Positions 58,452 through 64,000 of a stretch of DNA of 64,000 nt are shown here, one piece after another. Within the stretch, counting starts at the first letter, position 1; each line of letters starts with the position of its first letter. Origin of the DNA: an uncultured Oscillospiraceae bacterium (GTDB taxonomy: Bacteria; Bacillota; Clostridia; Oscillospirales; Ruminococcaceae); contig UQBC01000004.1 in the NCBI GenBank assembly GCA_900539195.1, positions 9,639 through 73,638 of the forward strand. Reading direction: 5' to 3'. Below the pieces are notes generated by a model. That model was given only the letters and a program-made list of their open reading frames with translations, was not told the DNA's origin and ran no database searches. The translations under genes and the position numbers were made by a program.

Positions 58452-61109
58452 ATGCTTCAGCTGAAAAACATAACCAAGGATTATAAAGTCGGCGACGAAA
58501 AGGTACACGCACTGAGAGGCGTCAGCATAGACTTCCGTGAAAGCGAGTTTGTATCGATACTCGGTCAGTCCGGATGTGGAAAAACAACGCTTCTGAATAT
58601 TATCGGCGGCCTTGACAGATATACGGACGGCGACCTTATAATCGGCGGAAAATCAACAAAGGAATTCAAAAACGCCGACTGGGATACTTACCGTAATCAT
58701 TCGATAGGTTTCGTATTTCAGAGCTATAACCTTATTCCTCACCAGACAGTGTTGGCAAATGTCGAGCTTGCACTGACACTATCAGGCGTATCAAAAGCCG
58801 AAAGAAGACAGAGAGCAAAGGACGCACTTATAAAGGTAGGTCTTGGCGACCAGTTCAGGAAAAAGCCCAATCAGATGTCGGGCGGTCAGATGCAGAGAGT
58901 TGCAATTGCCAGAGCGCTTGTAAACGAGCCGGACATACTGCTTGCCGATGAGCCGACAGGCGCACTTGACAGTGAAACAAGCATTCAGATAATGGAGCTT
59001 TTAAAGGAAATATCGAAAGACAAGCTCATTATCATGGTAACTCATAACCCGGAACTTGCCGAGAAATATTCCAACAGAATCATAAGACTTCTTGACGGTA
59101 AGGTAGTCGATGACACAAACCCTTATGACCGTAATATTGTCGAGCCTATCGAGAATAAAAAAGGCAAGGAAAAGAAGATAAAGAAACCGTCAATGTCATA
59201 CTTTACTGCACTGTCACTGAGTTTAAACAACCTAATGACCAAAAAGGGCAGAACGTTTATGACCTCTTTTGCGGGAAGTATAGGCATTATCGGCATTGCG
59301 CTTATTCTGTCAATATCAAGCGGCGCACAGCTTTATATAAAATCGGTCGAGGAAGAAACCCTTGCAAGTTATCCTATAGCTATTGAACGCAACGCAATGG
59401 ATATGTCTTCTATGATGACCTCAATGATGAAAGACAACAAGAGCGACAGTAGCGATGACGGAAAGATACATTCAAACAATATAATGGGCAATATGGTAAA
59501 CACCATGCTCACTCAGCTTAAAGCCAATGATTTAAAGAGCTTCAAGACTTATCTTGAAAATGACGGAAAAGAGATAAACGATTATGTCAGCGATATAAAG
59601 TATAGCTATTCCACTCCGCTCAATATTTTCAGAAACGATAAGGATAAAGGCATAATTCAGGTAAACCCCGCTACCCTGTTTGAAGATATGGGTATGACTA
59701 ACGCAATGTACGACTCACAGCTTATGAGCAACGTTGTAAGCACAAGCTATGACACCTGGACAGAGCTTCTTGACAATGATAAGCTGTTAAACGAGCAGTA
59801 CAAGGTGCTTGCAGGAAGAATGCCGAGTGCTTACAATGAAGTTGTCGTAATGGTAAACAAGGATAACGAGATTTCCGACTACAGCCTTTACTGTATGGGA
59901 CTTATGGACAGCGACGAGCTTGTCAATGCAGTAAAAAGCGCTATGAGCAACAATAACGAAAAGGTCGACTTCACAAGCAAATTACAGACCTACACCTACG
60001 ACGAGCTTCTCGGACTTGAATTCAGACTGGTAACCAACCCCGAATTTTATGAAAAAGAAAACGGTGTATGGATAGACAAGAGCGATGACAAGATTTATAT
60101 GACAAAGGTTGTCGAGGATGCCGAGCCTATAAAGGTTGTCGGCATTATAAAGCCCGAAGAGAACAGCATTATGTCGTCAAGCTCGTCATCCGCAATAGGC
60201 TACACTCACGAGCTTACAGAGTATCTTGTAAACAAGGTAAATGACAGCGAGGTTGTAAAGGAGCAGAAAAGCTCTCCCGACACCGATATTTTCACCGGCA
60301 AGGAATTTGCAAAGGACGAGGATAAAAAGGCTGTCACAATGGATGATATAAAGGCATATATCGCAACACTGCCCGAGGAACAACAGGCAGAAATTATGTC
60401 ACAGCTTCAGCAGGCACAGCAGATGGGTATGACCGAACAGCAGATAATCGATGCGTTCTCTCAGCAGATGAATACAGAGTCCGACGCCACCTATGACGGA
60501 AATATGACGCTCCTCGGAGTTGCGTCGCTTGACGAACCGAGCCGCATAAACATCTACCCCAAGGACTTTGACGCAAAGGAAAAAATCGAAGAAATCATCA
60601 GCACTTATAACGATAAAGTCAAAGCCGACGGCAACGAAAACCTCAAGATTGAATACACAGATATTGTCGGTCTTATGATGAGCTCGGTATCAACGATAAT
60701 TGACGCTATCAGCGTTATCCTTATCGCCTTTGTAGCAATCTCACTGGTTGTATCATCTATAATGATAGGCATTATCACCTACATTTCCGTGCTTGAGCGT
60801 ACAAAGGAGATCGGCATACTTCGTGCTATGGGCGCAAGCAAGAGAGATATTTCCCGTGTGTTCAACGCAGAAACGCTCATTGTCGGCTTTGCCGCAGGCG
60901 CGATCGGTATCGGTGTAACACTGTTACTGCTTATCCCTGCAAACGCAATAGTATACAGTCTTACAGGCATTTCAGGTATGTGCGTGCTGCCATGGCAGGG
61001 TGCTGTTATACTGGTAATAATCAGTATGCTCCTTACCCTTATCGCAGGACTTATCCCCTCACACTATGCAGCTAAGAAAGATCCTGTTCTCGCACTCAGA
61101 AGCGAATAA
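58452..61109 (+). CDS. fused ABC ATPase-FtsX permease (MacB-like) transporter
   Basis: Walker A GQSGCGKTT, signature MSGGQMQRV, C-terminal 4-TM FtsX domain with large extracytoplasmic loop. Confidence 0.8.
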   Translation: MLQLKNITKDYKVGDEKVHALRGVSIDFRESEFVSILGQSGCGKTTLLNIIGGLDRYTDGDLIIGGKSTKEFKNADWDTYRNHSIGFVFQSYNLIPHQTVLANVELALTLSGVSKAERRQRAKDALIKVGLGDQFRKKPNQMSGGQMQRVAIARALVNEPDILLADEPTGALDSETSIQIMELLKEISKDKLIIMVTHNPELAEKYSNRIIRLLDGKVVDDTNPYDRNIVEPIENKKGKEKKIKKPSMSYFTALSLSLNNLMTKKGRTFMTSFAGSIGIIGIALILSISSGAQLYIKSVEEETLASYPIAIERNAMDMSSMMTSMMKDNKSDSSDDGKIHSNNIMGNMVNTMLTQLKANDLKSFKTYLENDGKEINDYVSDIKYSYSTPLNIFRNDKDKGIIQVNPATLFEDMGMTNAMYDSQLMSNVVSTSYDTWTELLDNDKLLNEQYKVLAGRMPSAYNEVVVMVNKDNEISDYSLYCMGLMDSDELVNAVKSAMSNNNEKVDFTSKLQTYTYDELLGLEFRLVTNPEFYEKENGVWIDKSDDKIYMTKVVEDAEPIKVVGIIKPEENSIMSSSSSSAIGYTHELTEYLVNKVNDSEVVKEQKSSPDTDIFTGKEFAKDEDKKAVTMDDIKAYIATLPEEQQAEIMSQLQQAQQMGMTEQQIIDAFSQQMNTESDATYDGNMTLLGVASLDEPSRINIYPKDFDAKEKIEEIISTYNDKVKADGNENLKIEYTDIVGLMMSSVSTIIDAISVILIAFVAISLVVSSIMIGIITYISVLERTKEIGILRAMGASKRDISRVFNAETLIVGFAAGAIGIGVTLLLLIPANAIVYSLTGISGMCVLPWQGAVILVIISMLLTLIAGLIPSHYAAKKDPVLALRSE

Positions 61110-61127
61110 GCTGTTATTTTGTATTCC

Positions 61128-61161
61128 AACCGCTGTTTCAGGACAGCGGTTGCTCTTTTTT
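61128..61161 (+). terminator. rho-independent terminator
   Basis: AACCGCTGT-TTCAG-GACAGCGGTT + GCTCTTTTTTT; second GC-rich hairpin at ~61168-61203. Confidence 0.6.
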
Positions 61162-61234
61162 TACTCGGCAGACCCCCCGACAGATAAACTGTCGGGGGGT
61201 CTGCTGTAAGGTGTATATAAACTTTAACTTGTAA

Positions 61235-63166
61235 TCATGCGTTCGCAGTCATATTACCGTTCTGAACGCCGTTCATATCAGGAGGATTGCCTCCGGCAAA
61301 GCCGCCTTGATTGTTACCGCCTGGACGGTTACCGCCGCCGAAGCCTCCGTTTCCTCCGGGCTGTCCGCCCATGCCGCCTCCGCCGAATCCGCCGCCCATG
61401 CCGCTGCCGTAGATATAGCCCGACATAGTGATCTCCTGTGTGCTGTCCCCGACTGTCAATGTATAAGTTCCGTCAGATTTGATATCGGGAGTGCTTATAA
61501 CGACTGTCTGGAATGATACTGTAGGTGTGAACTCTGCAATTACATTACCGTTTGAATCGGTGAGCTTCACGGTCGTTCCCGCACTTGCGTTACCTGTGCT
61601 TGCAAGTATCGAACCTTGCGTTGACTCCGAGCCGAAGTTCATAGCCATACCGCTTGAGCCTGCCATAATTACCGTACCGCCTGTTATCACAGCGTTATTT
61701 TCATAATCGAGCGAGCCGTTACCATTGCTTGTAGGACCGTATACATAAACCGTACCGCCCGATATTTCAATATCGCCGTTCGAGTCAAGTCCGTCGCCGC
61801 TTGCACTGACGTGTATTTCACCGCCCGTTATAGTAATTTTAGCTTCGCTGTCGGCTGAGAATGAGTCGGGGCCGAAGCCTCCGCCCACGCCCTGATTGTC
61901 GCCGCCTGCGGCATTGATTCCATCGTCCGATGACGTAAGTGTTACCTTGCCGCCGCTGACCGTTACCGTCTGACCTTCAAGACCTTCATAGCATTTTTCA
62001 ATGTTGATTTCGCCGCCGCTGACAACTGTGTTGTTGCCGGAGTGAATGCCGTCGTCGCCCGTGCTTATGTCAAGCGTACCGCCCGATACCGTAACGTCTG
62101 CGTTGCTGTGGATTGCATCGTCAAGCGTATCAATATCAAACGTACCACCCGATATTGTCAGCACACCGTCAGCCTTTATGCCCTTATATGACTCGGTGCT
62201 GTCGCCTTTTGTCTTTTCGGACGAACCGCCTCCTGCCTTAAGTGTGAATGTTCCGTCCTTTATGTCAACCGTACCCGATGCGTCAATGCAGTCCTTGCCG
62301 CTTGTGATGTTCAGCGTACCGCCTGAGATATATACATATCCCTTTTCGGTATCGTCTGTGTTTTCGCTGTGGATTCCGTCCGTTCCGGATGTAACGGTAA
62401 TATTACCGCCTGCGATTCTTACGCTGTCCTTGCCCGAAAGACCCTGTGATGCGGAGGTGATGTTATATGTTCCACCCGTTATCTTGAGGTCGTCCTTTGT
62501 TACAATGCCGTGCTTGCTTTCGCACTTTACGCTCAGAGTACCGCTGCCGTTGAAGGTTATATCCGATTTTGAGAATATCGCACCGTCAACGTTTGTTGCA
62601 TCATCTGATGAAGCAAATTCACCCGTGCTTGAAAGCGTGTTCTCTGTTCCCTTTACCGTTGTTATAAATACCTTGTCGGCATTTATGATATAAAGCGCCG
62701 CACTTCCCTCTTTAGTGATATTTGCATTGTCAAAAACAAGCTGTACCTTGTCGCTGTCGCCGGCATTCACGATTATCTGACCCGTGAACGTTCCGCTGAG
62801 CTTATATGTTCCGGCTTTGGTTATGACGACCGAGCCGTCTGCAACCGTTACCGAGCTATCCGAACAGCTTGCGGTGCTTTTGCTTAACGTAATATCTGTG
62901 CATTCCGAGTAATCGCCCGACAAATCACGGTCGGAGAACATATCGTCCGCTGTAAGCTGTTTATCGCTGTCAGAACTGCTGTCCGAAGTCCGGCTGTCCG
63001 ATGCCGAGCTTGCATCTGTGCCTGAAGAAGCGCTGTCAGCGCTGACGGTCGTACTGCTTTCAGCCTGTGATTCCTGCGAATCTGATGATGCGTTGTTATC
63101 GCATGATGTAAAGCATGAAACTATAAGCGCTGCAGCAACTATTACAGCTAATATTTTCTTTTTCAT
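61235..63166 (-). CDS. secreted lipoprotein with Cthe_2159-like beta-helix repeats and Gly-rich C-terminal tail
   Basis: lipobox FTSC, Ser-rich linker, repeats GGT.NITSG.DGIHS, C-terminal GGGFGGGG tract. Confidence 0.55.
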   Translation of the reverse strand: MKKKILAVIVAAALIVSCFTSCDNNASSDSQESQAESSTTVSADSASSGTDASSASDSRTSDSSSDSDKQLTADDMFSDRDLSGDYSECTDITLSKSTASCSDSSVTVADGSVVITKAGTYKLSGTFTGQIIVNAGDSDKVQLVFDNANITKEGSAALYIINADKVFITTVKGTENTLSSTGEFASSDDATNVDGAIFSKSDITFNGSGTLSVKCESKHGIVTKDDLKITGGTYNITSASQGLSGKDSVRIAGGNITVTSGTDGIHSENTDDTEKGYVYISGGTLNITSGKDCIDASGTVDIKDGTFTLKAGGGSSEKTKGDSTESYKGIKADGVLTISGGTFDIDTLDDAIHSNADVTVSGGTLDISTGDDGIHSGNNTVVSGGEINIEKCYEGLEGQTVTVSGGKVTLTSSDDGINAAGGDNQGVGGGFGPDSFSADSEAKITITGGEIHVSASGDGLDSNGDIEISGGTVYVYGPTSNGNGSLDYENNAVITGGTVIMAGSSGMAMNFGSESTQGSILASTGNASAGTTVKLTDSNGNVIAEFTPTVSFQTVVISTPDIKSDGTYTLTVGDSTQEITMSGYIYGSGMGGGFGGGGMGGQPGGNGGFGGGNRPGGNNQGGFAGGNPPDMNGVQNGNMTANA

Positions 63167-63198
63167 AAAATTACCGCCTTTCGTATCAGAACGATTTT

Positions 63199-63891
63199 TC
63201 AGAGCTGTTCTCTGCCGTCTGTACTTTGTGATGTTATGTTTATTTCAAGATTGCCGTTTCTGCATCTCAGCTCGTCTATCATCTGCTTTTCACAGCCTGC
63301 CTTGCCGAGCGTGATATTATAGGTCAGCTTGTTGAGGCTGCCGAGATTCGTTGTTTTTACCTGAATCATTTTGTACTGCGATAAGTATTTTACAAATATA
63401 TCGTCAAATATTCCCGCATATTCAAGATCCTCCGGAACAGTTATATGCAGTACCCTGTCAAGCTCGTTTTTCTTTGATTCTCCGAAGGAGGTTGCGGTAA
63501 GCACTATGTTTGCAATACCCATTATCACCGCAAAGATAAGAGCGTACAGCGGATAGCCCATTCCGCACGCAAGTCCTACCGCCATTGCAAGAAAGATAGA
63601 GCCTATTTCCTTTGCCGTACCCGGTACAGAACGGAATCTTACAAGAGAGAATGTTCCCGCTACCGCAACGCCTGCGCCTATCGAACCGCTCACCATCATA
63701 ATAACTATGCTGACTATCGCAGGAAGTGTGGCAAGCGTTATTGCAAAGCTCTTTGTGTATTTGTTTTTGTACATATACATAAAAGCCATCGATATTCCGA
63801 GTACCAGCGCCGAGCCTACGCCGATAAGAAAGCCGCCCAGTGTTATATCAGCCGTACTGCTGAAAATTCCTTGTATTACCGTATCAAACAT
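63199..63891 (-). CDS. DUF4956-family membrane protein
   Basis: 4 TM N-terminal half + soluble C-terminal domain typical of DUF4956. Confidence 0.5.
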   Translation of the reverse strand: MFDTVIQGIFSSTADITLGGFLIGVGSALVLGISMAFMYMYKNKYTKSFAITLATLPAIVSIVIMMVSGSIGAGVAVAGTFSLVRFRSVPGTAKEIGSIFLAMAVGLACGMGYPLYALIFAVIMGIANIVLTATSFGESKKNELDRVLHITVPEDLEYAGIFDDIFVKYLSQYKMIQVKTTNLGSLNKLTYNITLGKAGCEKQMIDELRCRNGNLEINITSQSTDGREQL

Positions 63892-64000
63892 TTACTGTTA
63901 CCTCACTTTTTACTTTTTTTGTTCTTATTCCCATGCTTCGTCTGAGCATTGTCATATATGCCATTCCGTACTTTGAGAACGAAATCTGATTTATTTTTCT

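Noticed and set aside
61237-62693. Arg/Pro/Ser-rich + strand ORFs opposite the beta-helix lipoprotein gene
   Set aside because: They are antisense to the repetitive Gly/Ser-rich coding sequence and are compositional artefacts.
1-64000. CRISPR arrays, rRNA or tRNA genes
   Set aside because: No regularly spaced identical repeats with unique spacers were seen, and no rRNA-like or cloverleaf-compatible segments. The tandem repeats at 43537-43738 are in-frame coding repeats.
63892-64000. Possible start of another minus-strand gene (VTC/CYTH-like partner of DUF4956) at the window edge
   Set aside because: It is truncated by the window end, so too little sequence is available to support a call.

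Overview
This 64-kb window looks like a low-to-moderate GC Firmicutes (Clostridia-like) chromosome, and its left ~39 kb is dominated by accessory and mobile DNA. Coordinates I derived by counting within sequence lines may be off by 1-2 nt; ORF coordinates otherwise follow the supplied track.

- **~1-14.9 kb, accessory genes.** An XRE regulator plus ABC transporter; a run of small detoxification or stress-type genes (flavin-reductase-like, SRPBCC, DUF4177, DUF3795, VOC, GNAT, GyrI-like); a frameshifted chloramphenicol-acetyltransferase-like pseudogene; and a two-component system divergent from a LanFEG-type three-gene ABC immunity or resistance transporter.
- **~14.95-22.2 kb, Tn916-family int/xis integrative element without a conjugation module.** It carries a DUF1016 PDDEXK nuclease, an ImmA/XRE switch with a textbook divergent promoter and operator region, two sigma-like HTH proteins, a solo MazF-like toxin with a C-terminal zinc ribbon, four tandem Xis paralogs and a Tn916-type Int.
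- **~22.2-24.3 kb.** A tRNA-binding protein and a MATE efflux gene.
- **~24.3-30.4 kb, second integrative mobilizable element.** It is bounded by imperfect direct repeats and carries an ArsR/SdpI-like pair, a Mob relaxase with a candidate oriT, an Xis-like HTH protein, an XRE regulator and a tyrosine integrase.
- **~30.4-43.3 kb.** An 81-bp direct repeat found upstream of two genes; a CAAX protease; a metallophosphoesterase; a LytTR regulator; a four-gene operon of two BspA-type LRR proteins, a vWA (DUF2201) protein and a MoxR-like AAA ATPase; an FGGY kinase; and a cysteine desulfurase plus DUF3343.
- **~43.3-64 kb, conserved housekeeping block.** rnj (with an unusual N-terminal Lys-rich tandem-repeat extension), gdpP-rplI-dnaB, tilS-hpt-ftsH, an MBOAT plus DHHW-family O-acyltransferase pair, a second two-component system with a fused MacB-like ABC transporter, a Cthe_2159-like beta-helix lipoprotein and a DUF4956 protein.

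No rRNA, tRNA or CRISPR array could be supported from the sequence.
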